A stretch of DNA of 63,942 nucleotides, the filler included. It is 7 parts of 7 records of this genome, joined end to end, with 100 filler letters (N's around TTAATTAATTAA, not from the genome) between each part and the next. Parts side by side here need not be neighbours in the genome. Positions count along the whole stretch, not along the records: positions 8,531 to 15,110 come from SRR2962707_4571; positions 15,211 to 24,933 come from SRR2962707_4572; 5 more parts are not named here. One strand, written 5' to 3'. The position numbers and the translations under genes were made by a program. Position 1 is the first letter of the stretch, and every line of letters starts with the position of its first letter. Of this stretch, positions 12,900 to 23,436 are shown in pieces. The notes beneath the pieces are model-generated. The model was not told the DNA's origin. It made no database searches and saw only the letters and a program-made list of their open reading frames with translations.

Positions 12900-15110
12900 A
12901 GAGGGTACAACAAAAGCCAATTTGCAACGCAAAGCTCCAGCGCAAAAAAAGTTTCAGCGCTGCACATCCACCAACCAGTAGTGCTTTGTGCGAGTTCGGG
13001 AGGCGAGCATAATAGGCGAGAGCCGCGTTGCACTATACCGGCACAGCAGAGCATCAATCAACTCACAAGTTCGGCCAAGAAGTCGTTTGTCATCATGAAA
13101 ACTCAATTAGACCAGCATACATGCCTTATCTTCCCGAACGTTGAACCAAGGGTTCGTCTTTGCGACGTCTGCGATTGGCTGGACAGTAGCCCCCGCGTCT
13201 ACACCCTGCGTTGCCGCGTGTGCCATCACCGGGCCTGCTGGACTGTCCAGGCAGCCGCGCGAAGTTACGTCGCTCGGCTGAGGGAGACACATCGGGTGAA
13301 GGAACACATCAAAACCAGACAGCCAATAAGTCCACGAGCACGAGATTCGGCAAAGTGAAAGGGAAACTACGAGAGCTGGGGGTGGCAAGAGGGAACCAAG
13401 CAATAGGGAAGCAGAGGATGCATGCACTCAACGCTGGGTTTTTGCAGGGCGTACGTACTGGCTGAGGGTTTTGCGTTTGGCCTTCACACCGCAGCCAACA
13501 AGCCAAAAGACACAGCAACACAAAAAAAAAGAAAAAAGAAAAAAAAAATGAGACACAGCAACGCAAACATCAAATCAGTGAGCATTCCGACGCCAAGTGC
13601 GCTCGTAAGAGATGTGACAATGTCATTGGAAAGGATTTCGAGCAGTCCCACTCACCACTCAAGAAATGCTGAACAACTGACAAGCCGCTGAGACAGTAGC
13701 ATGTGTGGTAGTAGTCCCGAAACATCCCTGTCCACAAGCGTTGTCGCATTTCACAAATTTAATCGAAGACATTGGAGACGTCACACAACCAACAAAAATG
13801 AAAAACGAGAAGCATCTATCTTTCACCGTCACTGGCCTGGTTTGTCTCTTAAGCCCCCATTCTGCACTTGACAGCATTTGAGCAAGTAACGTTGTAGTGC
13901 CACGCTTCGGCAAGGCAGTCGGCGTGCTGCAAAGGATTCGCACACAGCAGCGGTACTGGGCCCACGAGAATCAGTTGCCTGTTTGGAGTCTGTCGACCGC
14001 GCAGCTCGGGCTGCGTGCTCCATGCGATGGAGCTCCAAGTGTGCCAAAGCTGGCACTGCTCCTTGCCAGAAGGAGTAACACCCATCCACAAGCTTATTGA
14101 TGCGCCCTGCACAAATCATGTAAAGCGAATGAGCGAACTGCCGAAAGCACGGGCAGGCAGATTGTCCCGGCGCCCAAACAACAAGTACCTCCTTGATGCT
14201 TACCCTGATATCCACCCTCCAGTCGCATTTGTCGATCAAGAACCCACTGCAGCGTGGCATCAACATCGTAGTGGCCGCGAGCATGCTCTCCAAGGAGCAT
14301 CATGGCGGCAAACCCACAAAACGTGTACCCACCATGCGCCTCAGCGGCCGGAAAAGCCTGCGCGTTACAAGTTGCCAAAACGAACATAAGAAAGAAAAAA
14401 CTTCACTTTGGTACCGCAGCAGCGGCACCAGCAGCAGCGACAGGTCTACCTTACAGCATGAGTGCAAGAATAGCACTGCGACACGCACCCCGTAGCCGCC
14501 TTCAAACGATTGACACGATTGAATGAATTCACTGCAACCGTGAGCAAGCTCTGGCGTCAAAATGTTGAGCATTGCCGCGGTAGCCAGCGCAGTGTACGTT
14601 CCGCGAACGTCAATTTCTCCGTTGTGATGCATGAAAAAGCCGTTGTTTGGCGCTTTGAGCGAGAGCAACCAACGGTAGATACGACCACGATTTGGGATGG
14701 CCTATGCAACACGCACCATCCACAAGGAGCAAAACGCTTTGACGCGGCACACGCACAAAATCAGTTCTGTCCACCCCCAACGACATCAGTTCCAGCTTCA
14801 CGGACCAGAGCCTCAGGCGATCCAATCGTAGCAAGTGCCATGACGGCAGCGTAAGTTGGGGCGAGGTGTGAAAGCTGCTGCGGGCTGTGTCGAATCATAA
14901 ATTCACAAAAAAACAGCAACAGCAGGGCGAGCACATTTAATGCTAACGCAGAAAAAAACATCGCCGCAAGACCAACGCGAATGCAAGCGCAAGTAAAAAA
15001 AAGAACGTACCCGCCCCCAAACCCTCCAGACACGTTCTGGCAGTGCGCAAGAAAGTCTGCGCAGTCATGGAGCTGCAGATACCAACACACACACACACAC
15101 ACACACACAC
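12900..15110 (-). CDS. FNTB: Protein farnesyltransferase beta subunit; multi-exon, 5' truncated, 3' end approximate
   Basis: GGFGGG-PQQLSHLAPTYAAV, GEIDVRGTYTA, CQSFEGG, EAHGGYTFCG, RQMRLEGGYQG, NKLVDGCYSFWQG, GGLRDKPG, DYYHTCYCLSGLS, TNPWFNV. Confidence 0.93.
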
Positions 15111-15244
15111 NNNNNNNNNNNNNNNNNNNNNNNNNNNNNNNNNNNNNNNNNNNNTTAATTAATTAANNNNNNNNNNNNNNNNNNNNNNNNNNNNNNNNNN
15201 NNNNNNNNNNTTTGATTCTGACACAGGGAAACGGGAACACAGAC

Positions 15245-16297
15245 ATGAACATGCCGCTGAAATCTGAAACACTGGATGCGCAAGCTTCAAGCGCCTGCCA
15301 GCACCGCCAGGAAGCGAGACTGCCCACCGCCGCCGAGTTGCGCCAGCAGTTTCCTGCCGATGAGCAACAGGTGCGGGCCATTGCCGGTTACCGTGATCAG
15401 ATCCGCGCCGTGCTGCACGGTCAGGACGACCGCACCCTGATCGTGATGGGCCCCTGCTCCATTCACGACGAGCAGGCTGCCCTGGATTACGCCACCCGCC
15501 TGAAAGCACTGTCAGACGAAGTCAGTGACCGTTTCCTGATTGTCATGCGCGCCTACCTGGAGAAACCCCGTACCACGGTGGGCTGGAAAGGCCTTCTGTA
15601 CGATCCGGAACGCACCGGTCAGGGCGATCTGAAACAGGGCCTGGAGCGTTCTCGCAAGTTGTTGCTGGCGTTGTCCGAGCTCGGCCTGCCGCTCGCCACC
15701 GAAGCCCTGAGCCCGTTCATGATGGATTACCTGGGGGACCTGGTAAGCTGGACCGCGATCGGCGCCCGTACCACCGAATCCCAGATTCATCGGGAAATGG
15801 TCAGCGGCCTGCCCATGCCTACCGGGTTCAAGAACGGCACCGATGGTGGCATTACCGTGGCCAGCCACGCCATGAAGTCGGCCTCGCATCCGCACCACCA
15901 CATGGGGATCTCCCATAGCGGCGCACCGGTGATGATTTCCACCGCCGGCAATCCGGATACTCATCTGGTTCTGCGCGGTGGCCGGGGTGTGACCAACTAC
16001 GATGAACTGAGCATTGCCAAAGCGGTGGCAGAGCTGGAAAAAGCCGGCGTATCAACGGCGGTGATGGTGGACTGCAGCCATGATAACGCCTGCAAGCAGG
16101 CCGAGCGGCAGGTGGATATCGCCCGGGAGGTGATGGCGCAGAAGCGTAACGGCAATCAGCACATCAAGGGCCTGATGCTGGAAAGCTTCCTGGAATTCGG
16201 CCGCCAGGACGATGGCAAAGAGCTGGTCTACGGGTGCTCGATTACCGATCCATGCCTGGGCTGGGAACAGACGGAGACTCTGATCCGCTCACTGTAG
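15245..16297 (+). CDS. Class I DAHP synthase (3-deoxy-7-phosphoheptulonate synthase)
   Basis: GPCSIHD, RAYLEKPRTTVGWKG, AIGARTTESQIHRE, GFKNGTDG, HLVLRGG, VDCSHDN, SITDPC. Confidence 0.96.
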   Translation: MNMPLKSETLDAQASSACQHRQEARLPTAAELRQQFPADEQQVRAIAGYRDQIRAVLHGQDDRTLIVMGPCSIHDEQAALDYATRLKALSDEVSDRFLIVMRAYLEKPRTTVGWKGLLYDPERTGQGDLKQGLERSRKLLLALSELGLPLATEALSPFMMDYLGDLVSWTAIGARTTESQIHREMVSGLPMPTGFKNGTDGGITVASHAMKSASHPHHHMGISHSGAPVMISTAGNPDTHLVLRGGRGVTNYDELSIAKAVAELEKAGVSTAVMVDCSHDNACKQAERQVDIAREVMAQKRNGNQHIKGLMLESFLEFGRQDDGKELVYGCSITDPCLGWEQTETLIRSL

Positions 16298-16919
16298 AGA
16301 GCAGCAGTTGCCCGGCCAGCAATACCAGAATGCCCCCCATGGTCCGGTCGAGCCAGTGTCCGAACCGGTTGAACCCCCGGCGGACACGGGGGTGGGTAAA
16401 GAACACCGCTACCATGGCAAACCACAGGCCGGTGGCCAGGGCCATATAGATGCCGTATCCGGCCTGCAGCAGAACCGGCGTGCCTGGATTGATGATGACG
16501 GAGAACAGGGACACGAAAAACAGGGTGGCCTTGGGATTGAGGGCGTTTGTTAAAAACCCGAGCCGGAACGCCGCCCAGCCAGTCTGGGCCTGCCCGCCGT
16601 TCGCTTGCACGTGAATGGCTCCGGGTTTGGCCCGCAGGCAGTGCCAGGCGATATAGAGCAGATACACGGCCCCAATCACTTTCAGCACGGTAAACAGCAT
16701 TACCGATTGCTGGATGATCAGCCCGATACCCAGCAGCGAATAGCCCACATGCAGCAGAATGCCGATGCCAATGCCCATGGCGGTCAGCAGGGCATTGCGC
16801 CGGGCCTGGGTCAGTGCCTGGCGCAGCATGACTGCAAAATCCGGCCCGGGGCTGGCCACCGCCAAAAGGTGCACCAGGGCAACGGTCAGAAACTCCAGCC
16901 AGTAATTCTGCACATTCAT
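16242..16919 (-). CDS. LysE/RhtB family amino-acid exporter
   Basis: SPGPDF, GAVYLLYIAW, GFLTNALNPKATLFF; hydrophobic. Its 3' end overlaps the convergent DAHP synthase. Confidence 0.93.
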   Translation of the reverse strand: MNVQNYWLEFLTVALVHLLAVASPGPDFAVMLRQALTQARRNALLTAMGIGIGILLHVGYSLLGIGLIIQQSVMLFTVLKVIGAVYLLYIAWHCLRAKPGAIHVQANGGQAQTGWAAFRLGFLTNALNPKATLFFVSLFSVIINPGTPVLLQAGYGIYMALATGLWFAMVAVFFTHPRVRRGFNRFGHWLDRTMGGILVLLAGQLLLSTVSGSESPSVPSPGMDR

Positions 16920-17094
16920 TCTCCCGCGTGTTTGCAATTGTGCTTGGGTTGTTGCGCCTGCAGCCAGTAACCACAGGGATTTTTTCTGTGATTCCCCTGT
17001 CAGCGGATAATAAGCTTTCTATACTTTACCGAAAGGCTCCTTAAGTTTAATAGCCCAAACCACCTGAAATTTCAGTCAGTCTCCAGGAGGCAGG

Positions 17095-18534
17095 ATGGAC
17101 AAGCGAGAAGTGGATGTAGCGGTTATCGGTGCGGGTACGGCGGGAATGGTCGCCTATCAGCGCGCCCGCAGGGCCACGGACAGGATTGTGTTGATTGAGG
17201 GTGATCAATACGGCACCACCTGTGCCCGGGTAGGGTGCATGCCCAGCAAGTTGCTGATTGCCGCCGCGGAAAGGGCCCATCAGGTGAGGCAGGCGGAAGC
17301 GTTCGGTGTGCTTCCGGGCGATGTGCGCATTGATGGTCCGGCTGTGATGGCGCGAGTGCGTGAAGAGCGCGATCGCTTTGTGGCACCGGTGGTGCGGTCC
17401 ATGGAATCGCTGCCGCAGGAACACCGGTTGATGGGGCATGCCCGATTTGTTGACAGTCATCGTCTTGTTGTGGGTGATCATACCGAGGTCACCGCGGGCC
17501 GGATTGTTATTGCCACCGGCTCCCGCCCCAACATCCCGGGCATTCTGAAAGAAGCGAAAGACCGACTGGTGGTCAACGATGACGTGTTCGACTGGCGGGA
17601 TCTGCCGTCTTCGGTGGCGGTGTTCGGCCCGGGAGTGATTGGCGTCGAATTAGGTCAGGCATTGAGCCGGCTGGGTGTAAAGGTCCGCATGTTTGGCGTC
17701 AGCGGCGGCATTGGCGGTATTCAGGATGAGAACGTGCGGGAGTATGCGCTGGACACCTTCCGTGAAGAGTTTGCCATCAGTCCGAAAGCCGATACCCGGC
17801 GTGTTGAACGCATCGAGGAAGGTGTTCGCATCAGCTGGAGCGAGGGCGGCGAGGAGCATCAGCAAACCTTTGATTATCTGTTGGCAGCTACCGGGCGGCG
17901 ACCCAACATTGATCACCTGGACATCCAGAATGCCGGCATCGAACTGGACGAACGCGGCATGCCGGAGTTTGACCCCTTCACCCTGCGCTGCGGTGACAGC
18001 CATATCTTCATTGCCGGTGACGTTAACAACGACCGCCCCCTGCTGCACGAGGCGGCAGACGAAGGCCGGATTGCCGGCGACAATGCCGGGGCCTGGCCGG
18101 AAGTCCGCACCGGCCGCAGAAAAACTCCCATGTCGGTGGTGTTCACTGAGCCCCAGATTGCCTCGGTGGGGTTGAACATTCGTCAGGTGGATGAGCGTTG
18201 CCAGGGCTGTTTTGCGGTTGGTGAGGTGTCGTTTGAGGATCAGGGGCGCAGCAAGGTTATTGGCAAGAATCGGGGTCTGCTCCGGGTCTACGGCGAGCAC
18301 GGCAGCGGCCTGTTCATGGGCGCCCAGATGTTCGGGCCTGCTGCAGAGCACCTTGCCCACTTGCTGGCGTGGTGCGTTCAAAAGCGAATGACCGTGAGCG
18401 AAATGCTGGAGATGCCGTTCTACCATCCGGTGATTGAGGAGGGGCTGCGAACCGCAATTAAAGACCTGAGCAAGAAACTCCGGATAGGCCCTGCGCCAGG
18501 GGAGGGTTGCATGGATTGCGGGCCGGGTGTGTAG
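17095..18534 (+). CDS. Dihydrolipoyl-dehydrogenase-like flavoprotein disulfide reductase
   Basis: GAGTAG FAD motif, TTCARVGCMPSK redox disulfide, GPGVIG, C-terminal FYHPVIEE. Confidence 0.92.
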   Translation: MDKREVDVAVIGAGTAGMVAYQRARRATDRIVLIEGDQYGTTCARVGCMPSKLLIAAAERAHQVRQAEAFGVLPGDVRIDGPAVMARVREERDRFVAPVVRSMESLPQEHRLMGHARFVDSHRLVVGDHTEVTAGRIVIATGSRPNIPGILKEAKDRLVVNDDVFDWRDLPSSVAVFGPGVIGVELGQALSRLGVKVRMFGVSGGIGGIQDENVREYALDTFREEFAISPKADTRRVERIEEGVRISWSEGGEEHQQTFDYLLAATGRRPNIDHLDIQNAGIELDERGMPEFDPFTLRCGDSHIFIAGDVNNDRPLLHEAADEGRIAGDNAGAWPEVRTGRRKTPMSVVFTEPQIASVGLNIRQVDERCQGCFAVGEVSFEDQGRSKVIGKNRGLLRVYGEHGSGLFMGAQMFGPAAEHLAHLLAWCVQKRMTVSEMLEMPFYHPVIEEGLRTAIKDLSKKLRIGPAPGEGCMDCGPGV

Positions 18535-18567
18535 CTTTACCCTCCGTCTTTGACAGAGGGCAAGCCA

Positions 18568-18834
18568 TTAAAGCATATTTTGCCCTAAATTCATGGCATT
18601 GGCGGTTGTATTTCGCTGATGCCGTGCCCATATCTTTTCATGGAAGAAGTAAGCAACGGTGTTAATGGCCGGTTCGACCATCGCGATCAGGCTGCCGATC
18701 AGAATGTCTCCGGTCAGCAGGAACGCGACGGTAAAAGCCACCGTAAAGTGGGTAATCGCGAAGGTGATCGTTTTCAGAAACGACTGGTCGCCCTTCGAGC
18801 TGTGATTGTGAACAAACAGTTTCAGGGTACTCAT
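18568..18834 (-). CDS. Small membrane protein, DUF2061-like
   Basis: KTITFAITHFTVAFTV...IAMVEP..NTVAYFFHEKIW. Confidence 0.8.
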   Translation of the reverse strand: MSTLKLFVHNHSSKGDQSFLKTITFAITHFTVAFTVAFLLTGDILIGSLIAMVEPAINTVAYFFHEKIWARHQRNTTANAMNLGQNML

Positions 18835-18920
18835 GGAATCAACTCCGCGTGATGAATGCCTATAAATCCATTTAAGGACAAACGAGAATTGTTTCCAAAT
18901 AGAAAGTGACATTTTTCTCG

Positions 18921-18980
18921 ATAGGGCTCGGCTATGGGTTTAAGGTTGATGGCATAAGTTTCTGCTATGAGCGGTATTGA
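18921..18980. promoter_or_regulatory. Putative OxyR-type (ATAG-N7-CTAT) sites in the DUF2061/dps divergent region
   Basis: ATAG-gggctcgg-type spacing gives ATAG 18921-24 with CTAT 18932-35; ATAA 18954-57, CTAT 18965-68 and ATTG 18976-79 are also at N7 spacing. dps is a classic OxyR target. Confidence 0.5.
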
Positions 18981-19061
18981 ATAACCAAACTTTCGTTCTG
19001 ACACTGAGCTGTCATACAGTATCGGTCAGATGCAACCCCAAAACGAATCAGGAGGTTCAAC

Positions 19062-19535
19062 ATGGGCAAGAATTTTATTGGTCTCGACACAGACAAAACC
19101 CAGAAGCTGGCAGACGCACTGAACGAACTGCTCTCCAACTACCAGATTTTCTACATGAATGTGCGTGGCTATCACTGGAACATCAAGGGTGACAATTTCT
19201 TTGAGCTGCACGCCAAATTTGAAGAACTCTACGATGACCTGCTGCTCAAGATTGATGAAATTGCCGAGCGCGTTCTCACCCTGGGCCATCGTCCTGCGCA
19301 CGCCTACAGTACCTACATTGAAAAGTCCGAAGTGCCGGAGCGCAAGGACGTATCTGATGGCAAAGAAGCGGTGGGTAACATCGTTGAGAGTTTCGGTAAG
19401 CTCATCGCCAAGCAGCGTGGCCTGCTGAACCTGGCCGGTGAAGCAGAAGATGAAGGTACCGTGGCACTGATGAGTGACTACATCTCTCAGCAGGAAAAAA
19501 CGGTATGGATGTACCGGAGCTACCTGGGCCAGTAA
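19062..19535 (+). CDS. dps: Dps DNA-protection ferritin-like protein
   Basis: RGYHWNIKGDNFFELHAKFEELY...IDEIAER; GGAGG RBS. Confidence 0.96.
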   Translation: MGKNFIGLDTDKTQKLADALNELLSNYQIFYMNVRGYHWNIKGDNFFELHAKFEELYDDLLLKIDEIAERVLTLGHRPAHAYSTYIEKSEVPERKDVSDGKEAVGNIVESFGKLIAKQRGLLNLAGEAEDEGTVALMSDYISQQEKTVWMYRSYLGQ

Positions 19536-19584
19536 GTTCCGGCTGATGCCCCGACATTCCCCGGCCCGGTATTGGGCCGGGGAG

Positions 19585-19635
19585 CTGTCACAGAAACGTC
19601 ACTGCCCTGTCACTTTCCTTTCCCGCGTTCGTCAC
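19585..19635 (+). promoter_or_regulatory. Pho box (PhoB direct repeats)
   Basis: CTGTCAC-agaa-ACGTCAC-tgcc-CTGTCAC at 11-bp period (19585, 19596, 19607), plus an in-phase TCGTCAC at 19629. Confidence 0.7.
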
Positions 19636-19691
19636 GTCTATCGCCTAGCCTTCTTTGCTCTTTCATCATCAAATAAGCAAAGGAGCCCGCT

Positions 19692-21560
19692 GTGCCCAAG
19701 ACATCGCACCCATTCCAACTGTCATTGCTCGCTCTCGCTGTGAGCGCCGTGCTGGTTTCCGGCTGTAATTCCTCGGACAACGATGATGACCTGGCAACGG
19801 AAGCTCAGGTCACTGGCCTGACGCTTGAATTCGCCGGTCGATACAGCACCGGGCAGTTTGATGAGTCTGCCGCGGAAATCACGGCGTTTGACCCTGCCAG
19901 TCGCAGGGCATTTGTGGTTAATGCCTTGTCCGGAGCTGTGGATGTGCTGGATATGAGCGACCCGGTCAATCCAGCGAAAATCGACACGCTGACGGTTGCT
20001 GACATTGCCGCTGATGCGGTGGTTAACAGTGTGGCTGTGGCAAGCGGGCTCGTTGCGGTTGCTGTTGAATCGAATCCGAAAACTGCCCCCGGTTATGTCG
20101 CGGTATTTGGAGCTGCAGACCTGCAGTTGCGTGACAGTATCCAGGTAGGTGCGCAGCCGGATATGGTTACCTTTACGCCGGATGGGCAATATGTCCTGGC
20201 AGCAAACGAAGGCGAGCCAAGCGATGATTACCAGATCGATCCGGAAGGGTCGATCAGTGTAGTTGATGTTTCCAATCCGGAGAATCTCACGGTACGAACA
20301 GCCGATTTTCTGGCCTTCAACAGCCAGGAAGGCGCCCTGAAGGCATCGGGTGTTCGCATATACGGCCCGGGGGCCACCGTGGCCCAGGATCTGGAACCGG
20401 AATATATCACCGTCAGTGCCGACAGCCGCACTGCCTGGGTCTCCTTGCAGGAAAACAACGCCCTGGCGAAGCTGGATGTCGGCGCGGCAACGGTCACCGG
20501 TATCTTACCCCTGGGGTTCAAGGATTACGGTGTTGAGGGGCAGGGTATTGATGCCTCGGACGATGACGGCGTCATCAATATCCAGAGATGGCCGGGTGTG
20601 GTGGGTATCTATCATCCTGATGCCATCGACAGTTACCAGGCAAATGGTGAAACCTTTATCGTGACGGCCAATGAGGGGGATGCCAGGGCCTGGGGTGAAG
20701 ATAACGCCGACTACTGGAATGGCGACAGTTCCAGGGGGTTTGTCGAAGAGTTGCGGGTGAAACACCTGGTGCATCCGGATGGTTTTGCCCGCCGGATTGG
20801 TGACGACATGCCACCGCAACTGACTGCGCTGGCCGAAGGTGCGCTGTTGAATCCATCCGTCTTCGATTACTGCGGTGCCACAGCCGGTGCAGCCAATGCC
20901 TGTCGCGATGATGACCAGTTGGGAAGACTCAACATCAGTTGGGTGCAGGGTTACCGGGTTGATGAAAATGGTGCTCCTGTCATGTTCAACGCGTCGGGTG
21001 CAGAAGACCCGGACGGCACGCTTCTGATGTACGACCAGCTGTACTCCTACGGCACGCGTTCTCTGGCGATCTGGAATGAGGACGGTGAGCTGGTATGGGA
21101 CTCCGGCGATGCGATCGAGCAGTTCCTGGCCAGTGAGGACTGTCGTCTGGGTACGGCTCGTTCTATTCCCTGCTCAGACCACTTCAACTCCGCCCATGAC
21201 GAGGGCATGGCGTTCGATTCCCGGTCGGACGCCAAAGGTCCGGAACCTGAAGCCGTGACTGTGGCGACGTTCGGCAATAAAACCTTTGCTTTTCTGGGCC
21301 TTGAGCGCATGGGCGGTATTCTGGTCTACGACGTAACGGACCCTGCCAGTCCGGTTCAGGTGGATTACCTGAATACCCGTGACGACTGGACCACTGTCGA
21401 CACGGCTTCAGTACTCGAAACCGCAGGGGATCTGGGCGTGGAGAGCATCACTGTGGTGGCCGCCGATGACTCACCTACTGGTGAGCCGTTACTCATCACC
21501 GGCAACGAAGTCAGCGGCACCACGGCGATCTACCGTGTGAAACTCGAACTGACTGATTAA
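19692..21560 (+). CDS. Choice-of-anchor I family lipoprotein (alkaline-phosphatase-associated beta-propeller)
   Basis: Lipobox LVSGC; AAEITAFDP, VGAQPDMVTFTPDG, ANEGEP, DLEPEYI, LQENNA, TANEGDAR, RSDAKGPEPE, GLERMGG, NEVSGT. Confidence 0.9.
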   Translation: MPKTSHPFQLSLLALAVSAVLVSGCNSSDNDDDLATEAQVTGLTLEFAGRYSTGQFDESAAEITAFDPASRRAFVVNALSGAVDVLDMSDPVNPAKIDTLTVADIAADAVVNSVAVASGLVAVAVESNPKTAPGYVAVFGAADLQLRDSIQVGAQPDMVTFTPDGQYVLAANEGEPSDDYQIDPEGSISVVDVSNPENLTVRTADFLAFNSQEGALKASGVRIYGPGATVAQDLEPEYITVSADSRTAWVSLQENNALAKLDVGAATVTGILPLGFKDYGVEGQGIDASDDDGVINIQRWPGVVGIYHPDAIDSYQANGETFIVTANEGDARAWGEDNADYWNGDSSRGFVEELRVKHLVHPDGFARRIGDDMPPQLTALAEGALLNPSVFDYCGATAGAANACRDDDQLGRLNISWVQGYRVDENGAPVMFNASGAEDPDGTLLMYDQLYSYGTRSLAIWNEDGELVWDSGDAIEQFLASEDCRLGTARSIPCSDHFNSAHDEGMAFDSRSDAKGPEPEAVTVATFGNKTFAFLGLERMGGILVYDVTDPASPVQVDYLNTRDDWTTVDTASVLETAGDLGVESITVVAADDSPTGEPLLITGNEVSGTTAIYRVKLELTD

Positions 21561-21575
21561 TTCAGTTTCCGGAAT

Positions 21576-21609
21576 AAAAAAAGCCCCGTCTTCATGGCGG
21601 GGCTTTTTT
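21576..21609. terminator. Bidirectional intrinsic terminator
   Basis: AAAAAAAGCCCCGTC-TTCAT-GGCGGGGCTTTTTT. Confidence 0.9.
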
Positions 21610-21738
21610 GTGTCCGGGCCAAAAAAGTGTCCACAGGATCGTGTCATATAACCGAAACATATTATTAACAGTCCGTTAATAAATTCCCGCCATAGTGTCG
21701 TCTCAAGATTGCTGCCAACCACCGATTGGAAATAAAGC

Positions 21739-22365
21739 GTGACGAGACTTGCCTGGACGACCTGTTTACTTGCCGCCTTGATGCCGTTGCCGGCTCTGGC
21801 AGAGGTTCAGCTCACTTTGGGGGCCTGTGTGAACGTGCAGGCTGTTCAGGGTAGCGAACAGACCGCCGGCTCTGGCCAGTCACTGACTCTTGCTGATGGT
21901 ACCCAGCAGTTGGTGGTGGAGTGCACCACCGAAACTGGTCGTGAAGAGGTGCTGGAAACCAGCGACGCCTTCGTTGTCCGTTTCGACGCTGCTGATACCG
22001 CACTGGCCCTGAGCGCTCCGGAAATCGAGTCGCGCAATCAAATGGACGCTTTCAATCAACAGGGTAACTGGCAGTTGACTGATCGCCAGGGCCGTGAGGT
22101 GGCGTTTACCGCCGATGTGCTCGAGAAAGAGGGCTTTCAGCTGGTGCGGGACTATGCCCGTGAGCTGGCGGCCTATAACCGTTCCGGCGCCAAAGCGGCA
22201 GTAGCTGCTCCGGGGCTGATAACCAACCAGGACGGGTTGTTGCTGGATTCGCACGTCGATCCGGATCAGGAAATGGTCAGCAGGATGCTGCGCTACTGGT
22301 ATCTGAAAGCTGACGAACAAACTCGAAAAGAGTGGGACAGCTGGGTTGATTCCAGCAACCAATAA
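21739..22365 (+). CDS. Exported protein, YccT/DUF2057-like
   Basis: Signal peptide; GFQLVRDYARELAAYN and MLRYWYLKADEQTRKEW. Confidence 0.75.
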   Translation: MTRLAWTTCLLAALMPLPALAEVQLTLGACVNVQAVQGSEQTAGSGQSLTLADGTQQLVVECTTETGREEVLETSDAFVVRFDAADTALALSAPEIESRNQMDAFNQQGNWQLTDRQGREVAFTADVLEKEGFQLVRDYARELAAYNRSGAKAAVAAPGLITNQDGLLLDSHVDPDQEMVSRMLRYWYLKADEQTRKEWDSWVDSSNQ

Positions 22366-22398
22366 ACACCAAACCAAACTGAACGTGGAGTTCCAAAA

Positions 22399-23343
22399 AT
22401 GAAGAAGCTTCTTCTGGCTGTTGCTGTGTCTACTGTTGCCGCAGGTTCTGTGAATGCTGCGACTGTTTACGAGAAAGATGGTTTTACCTACAAACTGAAC
22501 GGTGACTTCCAGATTCAGTTCCGTCAGGCCACTGGCTTTGATGAGCGTGCCGAGGTTGAGTACGACGATATGGAGCTGAAAAACTACGTAGCCTACGATC
22601 TGGGCAATGACCTGACTGCATTTGGTCGTCTGGATGTGGGTTACAAAAAAGCGGCGGAAGGCAGTCAGGACGCCAGCAACCTGGAAGAGGCTTATGTCGG
22701 TCTGAAGTACGGCGTTGCCTCCTTCTCTTTCGGTAAGCAGGACTTCGCCGGTGACGAATTCGGTATTGAAGAAGCCTACGAAGTCGAGACCATTGATGAA
22801 GACCGGTTTGATGGCGTAGAAACAGCAGGTGACGATACGATTCGTGTCAACATCGAGCTGGAAAACGTCTATATCGCCGCTTCTCACGAAATGGATGCTG
22901 CGGATCAGGACGGTGAATACTACGATCTCTTCGTTGCTACTGAACTGGCAGGTCTGGAACTGGCAGCGGCTTACCAGCAGTCCCGAGCGGCTGGCGCGTC
23001 TGAATCTGCGGACACCTGGGGTGTGAGCGCTTCCTACGATTTCGGCTTCATGAACCTGGCCGCTGATTATAGCTCCACCGACGAAGACGACTTCGAAACC
23101 ACCCAGTACAACCTGGCGGCTGTGTTTGCTGTTGCTGCCACCACCGACGTCGCACTCGGTATGGGCAACAAGGAAGAAGATGACGCGGACGACATTACCG
23201 AATGGTACGCCAACGTAACCTACAAGTTCCCGGCTGCCAAGAACGTCAGCGTGTTCGCCGAAATCGCCCAGAGCGACCTTGAAGATGCGTCTGGCGACGA
23301 CGCCGACATGGGCTTCCTGGCCGGTATGCGCGTGAAGTTCTAA
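22399..23343 (+). CDS. Gram-negative porin
   Basis: Signal peptide MKKLLLAVAV..AATVYEKDG; EAYVGL; C-terminal GMRVKF. Confidence 0.92.
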   Translation: MKKLLLAVAVSTVAAGSVNAATVYEKDGFTYKLNGDFQIQFRQATGFDERAEVEYDDMELKNYVAYDLGNDLTAFGRLDVGYKKAAEGSQDASNLEEAYVGLKYGVASFSFGKQDFAGDEFGIEEAYEVETIDEDRFDGVETAGDDTIRVNIELENVYIAASHEMDAADQDGEYYDLFVATELAGLELAAAYQQSRAAGASESADTWGVSASYDFGFMNLAADYSSTDEDDFETTQYNLAAVFAVAATTDVALGMGNKEEDDADDITEWYANVTYKFPAAKNVSVFAEIAQSDLEDASGDDADMGFLAGMRVKF

Positions 23344-23403
23344 GCTCGCTCGTTACATGCGCCAGCCTGGTATCGAGCTACAGGTCAGTGCAGACGTGAA
23401 ATC

Positions 23404-23431
23404 AAGGCCGGGCCTCAGCGCCCGGCCTTGG
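23404..23431. terminator. Hairpin between convergent genes
   Basis: CAAGGCCGGGC-ctcagc-GCCCGGCCTTG-type inverted repeat. Confidence 0.6.
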
Positions 23432-23436
23432 TGTAT

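Noticed and set aside
16242-16297. 56-nt convergent overlap of LysE and DAHP synthase
   Set aside because: A short non-conserved-looking C-terminal extension; common and not informative.
21641-21683. Second Pho box before the DUF2057/porin genes
   Set aside because: Only one good half-site (GTGTCAT); the 11-bp periodicity is not maintained.
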